Shown: positions 39,562 to 50,097, counted from the stretch's first letter. The stretch is 64,000 bases of DNA from an uncultured Cytophagia bacterium (GCA_964539665.1 CAZIKB010000020.1:526-64525), one strand, 5' to 3'. Notes: generated by a model from the sequence alone, not told the origin. Numbers and translations are program-made.

Positions 39562-41532
39562 ATGCTGTTCTTGACAATCAGTTCTTTTGTTCTTTTTTTT
39601 ATAGGATTTAATGCTTCTATTTATGCCCAATCTTTGCCGGTTCTTACTTTCGTGCAAATTCCTGCACAGGCAAAACCGGATATTCAGGCTGGAAAAACTA
39701 TCTACACCCCTGAAGACAGGTATGCAGACGGCGCACGGATAGTAATTCTTCGTCCATCTTTTGCTGAGCCGGTGAATCTCACGCCGAAATTTACCGCTGC
39801 CTGCGATCCTGATGTCTCCTTTGATGGAGAATCCATAATATTCGCTGGCAAAAGAAATCCGGACGATACCTGGCAAATCTGGAGAATGAACAAAGATGGC
39901 TCTCAGAAGGTACAAATCACCCACAACCCGGGCGACTGTATCGCTCCAGTGCACGCTGGAAACCGCTTCTATCTGAATGATCCACAGCCCACACCACAGA
40001 TAATTTATGGTAGTAATATGCACGATTGGGAAAACGAGCAAAATGCAGGACCGGCTTTTGCTTTATACGGCACAGATGCGGAGGGCAAGACAATCCATCG
40101 GCTGACGTTTAATCTCAGTAACGATTTTTCGCCTGATATTTTGCCAAACGGTCGCATAGTCTTCACCAGTTGGCAAAATTACGGAGATCGATACCAGCCA
40201 GACGGTATATTGGCGTTAATGGCTATTAACAATGACGGTACTGATTTCATGCCATTTTATGGAAATCATGAAATGCCGCGGTATAAGGACATGGCTCATG
40301 TTTCTGATTTCGACAGCCGGGTTTACTTTGTTGAATCAGATCACACCACCTGGCTGGGGGGCGGTGATATTGCCTATGTTTCCAGAAGTCGGCCGCTGCA
40401 TTCCTATCATCGATTGAGCCATACACGCAATGGAATATTTCACAGTCCCTGTCCACTTCCTGGCGGCGGTCTAATCGCATCATATCGTACTAACTCCCGG
40501 AATGCAATGTTCGGCATTCACCGTATTAATCCTGAAACCGGAAAACGGTTGCAGCAAATATTTGCAGAACCAGGCTGGCATTCCATAGATGCTCAGGTAC
40601 TCAGAGCGCACCCGAAAGTAAAAGGCCGTTCCAACTGGCTCATACCCGGATCAACTACTGGAGTATTCTATTGTCTGAATAGTTACAGAACAAACCTGTC
40701 TGAGGGGAATAATATCGCTCCCGGAACGATTAAACACGTACGGGTAGTGGAAGGGATACCGCTCAGGCAAAAAAATATTTTTCCAAAAAATCAGACTGAT
40801 GTCACAAATAATCCAGACCGAGAAACTTATTCAGCAACGGCTTTCGGCCCGCGGCGAATTCTGGGAGTGGCTCCAGTTGAGAAAGACGGGTCATTTCATG
40901 TCCGGGTGCCTGCAGAAATCCCGATTACGTTTCAGTTGCTGGATGAAAACTATCTGGCTCTTAGCCAGCAAAAAGCCTGGACCTGGGTGATGGGGAACGA
41001 AAATAGAGGTTGTATCGGATGTCATGAAGATCGGGAGATGTCTCCTCCCAACAAAATGGTTCAGGCGATTATTAAGCCCCCGGTAGAACTAACACTTCCA
41101 CCGGCAAAACGTCGAACTGTCGATTTTCGCTATCAAATTGCGCCACTTATCGAATCAAAGTGCGCTACTGCCGGGTGCCATATCTCCGGGCAGACAGCGC
41201 CGAATCTCGAATCAACTCAAAGAACATCGCCTGATGCAGTATTCAGTCAGGTGTATGAAACCCTTATACGTCCAATTCAAGGAAAAAATAATGAACGGTA
41301 TGTCAAGCCCGGAAATGCGATGGAGAGTCCCCTTATTTGGAATTTGTTTGGCAAACGAATGGGTTCAGCAAAAACGCCTTACACCGGCCAAATCACGCAA
41401 ATGCCTCCCCGGAATGTGTTAAGTCTCCGGGAACGCATTTTATTTATAGAATGGATTGATTTAGGCGCACAATGGGATTCGCGTGCCGCGATAGTATCGG
41501 AATCCCAATCAAACGAAGATAATATTAAGTAA
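39562..41532 (+). CDS. secreted PD40/TolB-like beta-propeller protein with C-terminal cytochrome-c-like region (one CXXCH and one CX4CH)
   Basis: Signal peptide; PD40-like repeats (DVSFDGESIIFAGKR...WQIWRMNKDGSQKVQITHNP, DFSPDILPNGRIVFTSWQ); CIGCHEDRE and KCATAGCHISGQ motifs. Confidence 0.6.
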   Translation: MLFLTISSFVLFFIGFNASIYAQSLPVLTFVQIPAQAKPDIQAGKTIYTPEDRYADGARIVILRPSFAEPVNLTPKFTAACDPDVSFDGESIIFAGKRNPDDTWQIWRMNKDGSQKVQITHNPGDCIAPVHAGNRFYLNDPQPTPQIIYGSNMHDWENEQNAGPAFALYGTDAEGKTIHRLTFNLSNDFSPDILPNGRIVFTSWQNYGDRYQPDGILALMAINNDGTDFMPFYGNHEMPRYKDMAHVSDFDSRVYFVESDHTTWLGGGDIAYVSRSRPLHSYHRLSHTRNGIFHSPCPLPGGGLIASYRTNSRNAMFGIHRINPETGKRLQQIFAEPGWHSIDAQVLRAHPKVKGRSNWLIPGSTTGVFYCLNSYRTNLSEGNNIAPGTIKHVRVVEGIPLRQKNIFPKNQTDVTNNPDRETYSATAFGPRRILGVAPVEKDGSFHVRVPAEIPITFQLLDENYLALSQQKAWTWVMGNENRGCIGCHEDREMSPPNKMVQAIIKPPVELTLPPAKRRTVDFRYQIAPLIESKCATAGCHISGQTAPNLESTQRTSPDAVFSQVYETLIRPIQGKNNERYVKPGNAMESPLIWNLFGKRMGSAKTPYTGQITQMPPRNVLSLRERILFIEWIDLGAQWDSRAAIVSESQSNEDNIK

Positions 41533-41546
41533 ATTCAGGAGTTCCA

Positions 41547-43190
41547 ATGTATAAAAAATATTGGTATCGATTCATTATTACTATTGGATACCTCAGTTTC
41601 TTTGCAGTTACTCAGCAGTTACATTCACAACAAGACCTGCCCAGACTGGTTGATGTAACCCAAAAAACCGGGATTACTTTTGTTCATAATCTCGGTGATG
41701 ATGAAATGAGTAACCTCATCGAATCAAACGCCGCCGGCTGCGCTTTTTTTGACTATAACGGAGACGGTAACCTGGATATTTATCTGGTCAATGGCGCCTA
41801 TATTGATAAAATCAGCGATATCCGCTGGCGTAAAAATAAAGGCAAACTCACTAATGCCCTGTATCGAAATAACGGCGATGGTACCTTTACTGATGTGACA
41901 ACAAAAGCCGGTGTTGGTCACAAAGGAATGGGGATGGCTGTAGCAACCGCTGATTTTGATAACGATGGGGATCAGGATATATTTATTACAAATTGGGGAC
42001 CCAATGTCTTTTACCTGAACAACGGTGACGGCACGTTTACGGATATTACCAAAAAAGCGAAAGTGATGAATGATCTATGTGGGCTTGGGATAACGTTTCT
42101 GGATTATGATCTGGATGGATATCTGGATTTATACGTCGGTAACTACGTCGAATACGATCCTGACTATCAATTTTTCTATGCCGCGAATAAATTCCCAGGG
42201 CCCCTGGCCTATCCTGGACAACCTGACATTCTTTACCATAATAACCGCAACGGTACTTTTACTGATGTGACTAAGAAGGCCGGCGTTTATAATCCGGAAG
42301 GCAGAGCTATGGGGGTGACCTCCTGTGATATCGATAATGACGGCGACTGGGACATTTTCGTAGCTAATGATGCCATGGAAAACTACCTCTACCGCAATAA
42401 CGGCGACGGAACATTTACCAATGTTGCGATACAGACTGCAGCCGGTTTTGGACAAAACGGTGAAGTCACCTCGGCCATGAGCGGGGAATTTGGTGATATC
42501 GATCTGGATGGTTTCGTGGACATTATCGTGCCCGATATGGCTTATGGCTGTATTTATAAGAATACCGGCACCGGCTTTTTCGAAGAAATGAGCGCCCGCA
42601 TGGGGCTGGCCACTGCCTGCGGACAATACACAAGCTGGTCCGGCAATTTTTTCGATCTTGATCATGATGGTTATGGGGATCTGTTTATTACCAATGGACA
42701 CCCGCACCGATTAATAGGAGAGGAAGATTTGATGCTGTTAAATAAATCCGGTATGCGATTTATTAATGTATCAAATGAAATGGGGCCGGATTTTCAAGAC
42801 AAATTTGTCGGCCGCGGCTCTGCGGTCGGAGATTTCGATAATGACGGTGATTTAGATTTACTGGTAGCCAACCTGAATGCTCGCCCCCGCTTGCTCCGTA
42901 ATGATGGCGGTAATAAGAAAAACTGGATTATGATTCATCTGATTGGAACCAAGAGCAACCGCGATGCCATTGGCAGCCGGATTCGATTAACCGCCGGCAA
43001 TATAACGCAAACCAAATGGCGGTCAGGCAATTCAGGCTACCTGTCGCAAAGTGATTATCGAATGCATTTTGGCATAGGCGATAATACCTACATAGACAAG
43101 ATCGAGGTACGCTGGCCAACTGGAAAAATCCAAATTCTCGAAAAAATTAAAGCAAATCAGGTGTTAACTGTTAAAGAACCAAAATTTTAA
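41547..43190 (+). CDS. CRTAC1-family protein, single module (FG-GAP + ASPIC/UnbV), 547 aa, secreted
   Basis: FFDYNGDGNLDIYL, DFDNDGDQDIF, DIDNDGDWDIF, DFDNDGDLDLL, and C-terminal ASPIC (NWIMIHLIGTKSNRDAIGSRIRLTAGN...SGNSGYLSQSDYRMHFGIG). Confidence 0.85.
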   Translation: MYKKYWYRFIITIGYLSFFAVTQQLHSQQDLPRLVDVTQKTGITFVHNLGDDEMSNLIESNAAGCAFFDYNGDGNLDIYLVNGAYIDKISDIRWRKNKGKLTNALYRNNGDGTFTDVTTKAGVGHKGMGMAVATADFDNDGDQDIFITNWGPNVFYLNNGDGTFTDITKKAKVMNDLCGLGITFLDYDLDGYLDLYVGNYVEYDPDYQFFYAANKFPGPLAYPGQPDILYHNNRNGTFTDVTKKAGVYNPEGRAMGVTSCDIDNDGDWDIFVANDAMENYLYRNNGDGTFTNVAIQTAAGFGQNGEVTSAMSGEFGDIDLDGFVDIIVPDMAYGCIYKNTGTGFFEEMSARMGLATACGQYTSWSGNFFDLDHDGYGDLFITNGHPHRLIGEEDLMLLNKSGMRFINVSNEMGPDFQDKFVGRGSAVGDFDNDGDLDLLVANLNARPRLLRNDGGNKKNWIMIHLIGTKSNRDAIGSRIRLTAGNITQTKWRSGNSGYLSQSDYRMHFGIGDNTYIDKIEVRWPTGKIQILEKIKANQVLTVKEPKF

Positions 43191-43205
43191 AAGAGAGTGA
43201 GAAAA

Positions 43206-46097
43206 ATGAGGAGATTTGCAGTTTTACTGTTTCTTCTAATCAGTATAACACTGACCTCAGGATGGAATTTATTCGGGCAGAAATCCAAAGACCGAATATA
43301 TTTGGGCGAGAAAGCCTGTCGTCCGTGTCATCATCTTGCAGGAAAACGAGATCAGTTCAATCCCTGGTGGCTGGCTAAACATTCCAAAGCTTATGCTGCA
43401 TTGGCGCTGCCGGAATCCAAACAGATTGCAAAGTTGTCAGGCGTTGATGTCGATCCTTACAAAAGTCCCATCTGCCTGGGATGTCATACTACCGCTTATA
43501 ACGTAGAAGCCTGGGAACGTGATGACACTTTTCATTTTGAAGATGGCGTACAATGTGAACTTTGCCATGGACCTGGCAGCGAATATATAGACGCCAGTAT
43601 TATGCTGGACCGGGAGAAATCCTTAGCGGCCGGTTTAAAAATACCGGTCGAACGAGACTGCATGGTTTGTCATAAGGAAAAAGGCTCCCACGTGGCGGTC
43701 CTGGATGTCAAAAAATTCAATTATAAGGAAGCGCTTAAGGAAATCGCCCACCCTGGGCACGGTGGATTCCTTAAAGAATTCTTTTTTCAAGTACAGCGAA
43801 TTCTCTATGAATGGTTCCCAAAAGATGAATTGCCTGTTGAGTCTCTGCTTGGTCCGAAATATGTTGGCGCTCTGGCATGTGGTAAATGTCATGGTATTAC
43901 ATCCGTTGGTCATCAATTTAGTAAATGGCGTTTCTCCAAACACGCCCGTACCTATGCCATCCTTAATACTGAGCGAGCAGCAGAAATTGCCAGTGAGATG
44001 GGATTGTCCGGCAATCCACAAAAGTTGGGAAAATGCCTGCAATGCCATACCACAGGCGCCGGAGAGCCTGCTGGTCGGTTCTCTGAAAGTTTCGATCCAT
44101 TCCAGGGAGTACAGTGTGAAAGCTGTCACGGCCCTGGAAGCGAATATATGGCAGACGCCATTATGCTGGATCCGGTAGCAGCCGCAGATGCCGGATTAAG
44201 AGACGTGAATAAGGAAATTTGTGTTAAATGTCACACCGAAGGTATTCATGGTCACTCTTTCGATTTTGAAACCATGTGGCCTGAGATCGATCACTCGAAA
44301 TGGCAAGAAGAATATTCTAATGTGGAATATAAAACTCCACTAAACCTGGCAATTACTCAGGATGGAAAGCGGTTATTTATCGCATGTGAAGCCTCTAACA
44401 GCCTTATTGTTGTGAATGCGGAATCTGAAAAAATACTGGCAGAAGTGGAAATCGGTACCCAACCGCACTTTGTTTGCTTTTCCCCGGATGAAACCCGCGC
44501 CTATGTAAGTAATCGCGGTTCCGACAATGTTTCAGTTGTTGATGCAAATACTTATCTGGTGCTATCGACAATTACAGTCGGGGATGAACCGCACGAGATG
44601 GCAACGAATAAAGCAGGAAATATTTTGTACATAGCCAATGCAGGCACCTACGACGTCTCCGTGGTCGATCTGGAAAAAGGCCAGGAAATTAAACGTCTGG
44701 CAGCATCCAGAGGTCCATGGGGTGTGGCCCGTTCGCCTGATGGCCAGTTTGTCTATGTTAGCAATAATTTACCCAGACATGGTAAATTCCGCACTCCAAC
44801 CGCATCTGAAGTGACTGTTATTGAAACAGACCGTTCAATTGTCAAACATCGATATACCGTGCCGGCGGCCAATTTAATCCAGGGAATTGCAATAGCGCCA
44901 AACGGTGAATTTGCGCTCACGACTTTAATCCGCACCAAAAACCTGGTTCCTATGACACGCAATATCCAGGGCTGGATTATTACCAACGGCATCGGTATTC
45001 TCTGGAAGGATGGTCGTGTGGATCAATTGCTGCTGGACAACGTGAGTGACTTTTTTGCGGATCCCACTGATGTCGTCTTTTCAAAAGACGGCCGGTACGC
45101 TTTTGTTAGCGGCGGTGGGGTCCAGGAAATCGCCATGATTGACATCAAGAAAATGAAACAGATTCTGGAACAGGCCACGGATAGCGAACTTATGGAAGTG
45201 CTGCCCAACCACCTTGGCATGAGCACGCAATATATTCTAAAACGGATTCCGGTTGGACAAAGTCCGCGAGGGATGGCGGTCGCTCCGGACAATAAATACC
45301 TGTACGTTGCCGACGGATTAGATGACGCCATTTCTGTTATTGATATCAAAAAACGGCAGCGAGTCAAAGTCATCGAACTCGGAGGCCCGCAAGAAATTAC
45401 CCAGACACGGTACGGCGAGCGTATCTTTCACAGCGCGGGGAACACCTTTACCCGACAGTTTTCATGCCATTCATGCCATCCGGATGGCGGCGTCGATGGA
45501 ATAACTTATGACATAGAACCGGATGGCCTGGGCTACAATCCTGTGGATAACCGCACATTGAGAGGTGTGAACGACACTGCTCCCTTTAAGTGGACCGGCA
45601 AAAATCCCACATTAAGACGCCAGTGTGGACCCAGACTGGCTGCATTTTTCACACGTATCGATCCGTTCACAGCAGAGCAATCCGCGGCGTTGGAACATTA
45701 CATCGTAACTATTCCCAGACCGCCAAACCGCTACCGAACCGGAGAAGAACTCACCCCAACTCAAAGACGGGGCAAACGGCTTTTCGAAAGGAAATACGAC
45801 AATTCCGGCAATGAAATTCCATTGAGTAATCGCTGCGATACTTGCCATTCACCGCCCTATTATACCAACCGGGAAATAGCCGACGTAGGTTCTGCATCCT
45901 GGCTGGATACAAATAGTAAATTCGACATCCCTCATCTCAACAACATTTATGCGACGCCACCCTATCTTCATGATGGACGAGCAAAATCATTGGAGGAAAT
46001 CTGGACGATTTATAACCCAAATGACACTCATGGTCTTTCAAATGATTTAACAAAAGACCAGCTCAATGATCTTATTGAATATTTGAAAACACTTTAA
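43206..46097 (+). CDS. ~10-heme cytochrome c fusion: two tandem tetraheme modules, a YVTN-type beta-propeller and a C-terminal di-heme CCP/MauG-like domain
   Basis: Eight CXXCH in two repeated sets (CRPCH, CLGCHTT, CELCHGPGSEY, CMVCH; CGKCH, CLQCHTT, CESCHGPGSEY, CVKCH). Propeller repeats (AYVSNRGSDNVSVVD, LYIANAGTYDVSVVD, VYVSNN..., LYVADGLDDAISVID). C-terminal CHSCHPDGG and CDTCHSPP. Confidence 0.75.
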   Translation: MRRFAVLLFLLISITLTSGWNLFGQKSKDRIYLGEKACRPCHHLAGKRDQFNPWWLAKHSKAYAALALPESKQIAKLSGVDVDPYKSPICLGCHTTAYNVEAWERDDTFHFEDGVQCELCHGPGSEYIDASIMLDREKSLAAGLKIPVERDCMVCHKEKGSHVAVLDVKKFNYKEALKEIAHPGHGGFLKEFFFQVQRILYEWFPKDELPVESLLGPKYVGALACGKCHGITSVGHQFSKWRFSKHARTYAILNTERAAEIASEMGLSGNPQKLGKCLQCHTTGAGEPAGRFSESFDPFQGVQCESCHGPGSEYMADAIMLDPVAAADAGLRDVNKEICVKCHTEGIHGHSFDFETMWPEIDHSKWQEEYSNVEYKTPLNLAITQDGKRLFIACEASNSLIVVNAESEKILAEVEIGTQPHFVCFSPDETRAYVSNRGSDNVSVVDANTYLVLSTITVGDEPHEMATNKAGNILYIANAGTYDVSVVDLEKGQEIKRLAASRGPWGVARSPDGQFVYVSNNLPRHGKFRTPTASEVTVIETDRSIVKHRYTVPAANLIQGIAIAPNGEFALTTLIRTKNLVPMTRNIQGWIITNGIGILWKDGRVDQLLLDNVSDFFADPTDVVFSKDGRYAFVSGGGVQEIAMIDIKKMKQILEQATDSELMEVLPNHLGMSTQYILKRIPVGQSPRGMAVAPDNKYLYVADGLDDAISVIDIKKRQRVKVIELGGPQEITQTRYGERIFHSAGNTFTRQFSCHSCHPDGGVDGITYDIEPDGLGYNPVDNRTLRGVNDTAPFKWTGKNPTLRRQCGPRLAAFFTRIDPFTAEQSAALEHYIVTIPRPPNRYRTGEELTPTQRRGKRLFERKYDNSGNEIPLSNRCDTCHSPPYYTNREIADVGSASWLDTNSKFDIPHLNNIYATPPYLHDGRAKSLEEIWTIYNPNDTHGLSNDLTKDQLNDLIEYLKTL

Positions 46098-46112
46098 AAA
46101 GGAAATATCAGA

Positions 46113-47291
46113 ATGAATCGAATATTTATTATCCTGACAACATTCATTTTCCTTGCACCTCACGGCTGGTGTCAATCAGATACTAACATCACCATGGCGG
46201 GTGAGCCCTACGTTTATTCTAAATGGGAGACATTCACAAGCGAATCAACACATGATGGTCTAATCAGCGACCATATCTTTTTTCTGGAAGCAGATGGTAA
46301 TAGTTTATGGATTGGCACCGAAGGTGGATTGGTGCTATATGAGAAAGGCGCCTGGAAAAGTTGGACGGAGAAGGACGGCCTGCCGTGGAATGTGGTAATG
46401 GGAATCGCAAAAGATCCAAAAACCGGGGAATTGTGGCTGGCGCTATTTGGAGAAGGTATCGCCCGATTTAGCGGAGGCTACTTTCAACACTACACCCAAA
46501 TGAACAGCGGCTTAATAAATGATGTGGTGTATGGCATAGATATTCAAGGGGATTACGTGTGGGTTGCTACCACGGCTGGCATCAGCCGGTATAATCAGGT
46601 GTCCGGAGAATGGACCTTGTTCAATGAGAAACATGCTCCAATGGAGGAAGTTTGGACTTATAATGTAGACGCTGCAGAAGACAAAGTCTATTTTGCCGTC
46701 TGGGGTGGCGGTATTCTTGAGTGGGATGTGGCCACTGAAAGCTGGAATGTTTATCATGATCCTGATGGAGAAATGGAAATTGATTTATACCGGGATGACG
46801 GCCTAATTCATGTTATTACCACCGCTGCATCTTACATCGATGGTGTGCTCTGGGCTGCAACATACTTTGGATTGAGCCGATACGATGGCCGCAACTGGCG
46901 TGGGTATATGGATCATGACAGCGGCCTTCCCAGCAATTTCATAAATTTTACGGTAGGCCGAAACGGTACTTCAAGCTATAGCTGCACAGATAAAGGACTG
47001 GGAGTGTTAGTAGATTATAAAACCGATACCTGGGTCACATATCAGCGGGATGAGGAAGACGCCGAAACATGGACCGCCCATGTGATGGTTGGAAAAAAAG
47101 AAATTAAAACCGTGCCCACTAATCTGGATTTACCAAATCATTTCACCTTAGCTCTGGAATTTATGGGAAACGATTTATGGGTTGGCACCGGACATGGACT
47201 GGCCCGAGGCATTGGCATAGGTTATTACACAGGATTGCAAGCTAAAAATACTAATTCTGGAAAGATTAAAACCTCTGATTCTCAAAATTAG
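46113..47291 (+). CDS. secreted beta-propeller protein made of Reg_prop (two-component-regulator propeller) repeats, no output domain
   Basis: Repeats such as LWIGTEGGLVLYEKGAWKSWT, VWVATTAGISRYNQVSGEWTLF, LWAATYFGLSRYDGRNWRGY, LWVGTGHGLARG. Confidence 0.65.
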   Translation: MNRIFIILTTFIFLAPHGWCQSDTNITMAGEPYVYSKWETFTSESTHDGLISDHIFFLEADGNSLWIGTEGGLVLYEKGAWKSWTEKDGLPWNVVMGIAKDPKTGELWLALFGEGIARFSGGYFQHYTQMNSGLINDVVYGIDIQGDYVWVATTAGISRYNQVSGEWTLFNEKHAPMEEVWTYNVDAAEDKVYFAVWGGGILEWDVATESWNVYHDPDGEMEIDLYRDDGLIHVITTAASYIDGVLWAATYFGLSRYDGRNWRGYMDHDSGLPSNFINFTVGRNGTSSYSCTDKGLGVLVDYKTDTWVTYQRDEEDAETWTAHVMVGKKEIKTVPTNLDLPNHFTLALEFMGNDLWVGTGHGLARGIGIGYYTGLQAKNTNSGKIKTSDSQN

Positions 47292-47350
47292 AAAATCATA
47301 TTTAATAGTACAATATTTTGTATTTCAATATCTGCAGGAAGAAAAGAACC

Positions 47351-48763
47351 ATGAACAGATTACATATTTTATTTGCAATTATAGTTGTCGGGTGTACTTT
47401 CATATTCTGTTCTAATGTGAGTGCGCAGACCAGTGAATCGGTTTCTGCTACAAAATCCGACACAACATCATACGGCAAAACACCCATTGAATATGAACCT
47501 TATAGCCGTTTCGAAAAGCCATATAAAAGATTTTTCATCGACACCCTGGTATATCCCGGCTATGGGCGGCATATCCCAGTACCCGAACAAATTGACACGG
47601 TTAAAATAGGTTTTATCGGTCCCATTATTGGCTCTGTTTCTGAGTCTGCGGGAGGCCCGGATGAAATAAAATTAAAGGTGAACCAGCGAGTCGTGCGTTG
47701 GGATGGCTATCGGGCTTCTCATCTGGCGCCGATTGGGATTAAAATGTTTCAGGGTGCCCAACTTGCAATTGAACATGCAAATACAAACGGTGGCTATAAA
47801 GGAAAAGTACCCTATAAGCTGATTGTTCGTAACGACAACGGTAACTGGCGTTCTTCCGGAAGAGAGGTCATTACGCTTGCATATAAAGATAGCGTTTGGG
47901 CTATCCTTGGGACAGTGGATGGGGCAAATAGCCATATTGCCATACGCGCTGCTCTAAAAGCTGAAATTCCAGTTATGAATACTGCGGATACTGATCCCAC
48001 ATTTGTGGAAACCAGAATTCCCTGGGTGTTCCGATGCATCACAGACGACCGGCAGATGTGCTATCTACTGGCGGATTTCGCCTTTAAAAAATTGGGGCTC
48101 AAACGCATAGCTGCACTTCGTGCAACCAACCGCTACGGGCGCATGAGTATTGACGAGTTCCGGGACGCGGCCACGCGTCTTGGGTATCCCTTCAAGATCG
48201 AACTGCAATATCAAGAGGGCGATACGGATTTCAGCAGTCAGTTAAAGAGGATTCAAGCAATGAAGGCGGATGGTGTAATCACTTACGGCAACGCAATCGA
48301 ATCTGCTTTGATACTCAAACAAATGCGGGAAATGGGCATGGAGCAGTGGTTCTTCGGCAGCGATCGCATGGTTACACCTGAATTTCTTGAAATCGTCGAA
48401 GAGAATCATGGACGTGTAGCAGCAGGCTATCCGTATGATCCTACCAGTGAAGATGCTGAGTATCTGCAATTTGTAGAAGATTTTCAGAACCAGTATGGAG
48501 ATGCACCAGAAACATACGCCGCACATGCTTATGACGGCATGAATATGATTATTGCGGCCATTGAAAAAGCCGGATTGAATCGAGCACTCATTAGAGATCA
48601 ACTGGTTGCTATGTCCCAATATAAGGGTGTAACTGGCAGAAAAGAATTCGATGCGGTCTACAGCGATAGAAGTCCTGCTTTTTTAGCAATCTTTAAAAAC
48701 GGCAAATTCGAATATTATACCAAGGAAGAAATTTTCTCGGATAAAATTGATCTACCTCGGTAA
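47351..48763 (+). CDS. periplasmic solute-binding protein, Peripla_BP_6 / LivK-like family (orphan)
   Basis: Signal peptide, then KIGFIGPIIGS...GAQLAIEHANTNGGYKG...YKLIVRNDNGNW...LGTVDGANSHIA...IPVMNTADTDPT. Start set at the ATG at 47351 with an upstream GGAAG. Confidence 0.75.
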   Translation: MNRLHILFAIIVVGCTFIFCSNVSAQTSESVSATKSDTTSYGKTPIEYEPYSRFEKPYKRFFIDTLVYPGYGRHIPVPEQIDTVKIGFIGPIIGSVSESAGGPDEIKLKVNQRVVRWDGYRASHLAPIGIKMFQGAQLAIEHANTNGGYKGKVPYKLIVRNDNGNWRSSGREVITLAYKDSVWAILGTVDGANSHIAIRAALKAEIPVMNTADTDPTFVETRIPWVFRCITDDRQMCYLLADFAFKKLGLKRIAALRATNRYGRMSIDEFRDAATRLGYPFKIELQYQEGDTDFSSQLKRIQAMKADGVITYGNAIESALILKQMREMGMEQWFFGSDRMVTPEFLEIVEENHGRVAAGYPYDPTSEDAEYLQFVEDFQNQYGDAPETYAAHAYDGMNMIIAAIEKAGLNRALIRDQLVAMSQYKGVTGRKEFDAVYSDRSPAFLAIFKNGKFEYYTKEEIFSDKIDLPR

Positions 48764-48780
48764 TTGAACTTCTAGGTGAT

Positions 48781-50016
48781 ATGAAAACCCATCGATTGCT
48801 CTGGATTTTGTGGTTAGTTTTCTTCTGGACAGTCCAGATACAGAGTCAAACCAAAACCTCTGCTCAAACTGCTCACCAAAGAAAGCCACCAGGTGTTCTG
48901 GATTCACCTGTGAATTTTTCAGGATGGATAGGAACCAGCAGGAGTCCTGATCAGCTAAAAGAAATTCGTATTGGTTTTTTCGCACCGGTGGACCCGGATG
49001 ATCTGGTGGGCGCTTCTATGCTTAATGCTGCTGTGTTGGCGGTAGAAGAAGCAAATGCTGCGGGAGGATTCCAGGGCGTACCGTTCAGACTGGTTAAACG
49101 CTGGGCACACAAACCCTGGGGCGCTGGCTCCAAAGAAATGATTAAGCTGGTGTATCAGGACAGTGTGTGGGCAGTGATTGGATCTTTGAACGGAAGTGCA
49201 ACGCATGTCGCGGAACAGGTTGTAACCAAAGCGTGGGTACCTCTGCTCTCGCCAGTCTCGGCTGATCCGACGCTTACTTATATTCGCATTCCATGGATGT
49301 TCCGGCTACCTCCCGATGACCAGAAACAGGCGGAAGCTATTGTACACAAAGGAATTCAGGCGTTATCTCTGAATAATATTGGTCTCATCACTTCTACTGA
49401 TCACGACGGCCGTATATTTGCAAAGGAAACGCTCGCCACAATGAATGATGCACAGACTCCGCCAGTATTTCATTTTCAGTTGCCTCTGCCCGGGATTGAT
49501 TTTAATGATATCGTCCAACGAGTGCTGTCATTCAATCCTGATGGAGTCATTGTACGCCTGCCGTGGGGTGAAACTCTTGAATTGCTGAATCATTTTCAAC
49601 ACAGTGATTTTGATGTCCCCGTATTCATTCCCTGGATTCCGGGTTTGCAGGAGGCAGATTTGACAAATCAATACGATGGAGATATTTTCTTTGTGCAACC
49701 GTTTTCTGGAACGGGAAATCCAGTATATACCGCCTTCGCTCAAATTTATCGAGAGCGCTATGAAGCGAGCCCCACGCCTGGCGCCACCTACACCTATGAT
49801 GCTGTAAATATTCTGATCCAATCACTACAAAAAAGCGGATTAAACCGGGCCAGACTTCGGGATGCTATTGCCGGGATCGGCGATTTTCATGGCGCCACCG
49901 GTAAAATTTCCTGGGATAACGGCGGCGGAAATGTAGCAGAACCTGTTCTTCGGATTCTATCTGGAAAAGCACCGACCGTGAAAGGGAAAATGCAAAAAAT
50001 CAATATTTTGCATTGA
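48781..50016 (+). CDS. second Peripla_BP_6 / LivK-like solute-binding protein (paralog, orphan)
   Basis: Signal peptide, then IRIGFFAPVDPDD...LNAAVLAVEEANAAGGFQG...IGSLNGSATHVAEQV...VPLLSPVSADPTLT. Confidence 0.75.
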   Translation: MKTHRLLWILWLVFFWTVQIQSQTKTSAQTAHQRKPPGVLDSPVNFSGWIGTSRSPDQLKEIRIGFFAPVDPDDLVGASMLNAAVLAVEEANAAGGFQGVPFRLVKRWAHKPWGAGSKEMIKLVYQDSVWAVIGSLNGSATHVAEQVVTKAWVPLLSPVSADPTLTYIRIPWMFRLPPDDQKQAEAIVHKGIQALSLNNIGLITSTDHDGRIFAKETLATMNDAQTPPVFHFQLPLPGIDFNDIVQRVLSFNPDGVIVRLPWGETLELLNHFQHSDFDVPVFIPWIPGLQEADLTNQYDGDIFFVQPFSGTGNPVYTAFAQIYRERYEASPTPGATYTYDAVNILIQSLQKSGLNRARLRDAIAGIGDFHGATGKISWDNGGGNVAEPVLRILSGKAPTVKGKMQKINILH

Positions 50017-50097
50017 AGGAATTAGCTCATCAGGGTCTTCAGCCTTTTCAGCCAGATTTGTAACTAACATTTTTAAGCAAAAAAAGGAGACAATTTA

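Noticed and set aside
28857-41532. Counting CGTSGCH and CATAGCH as definite heme sites
   Set aside because: The CX4CH spacing is rare. It is kept as 'possible' only, and heme counts are quoted as canonical CXXCH plus possible extras.
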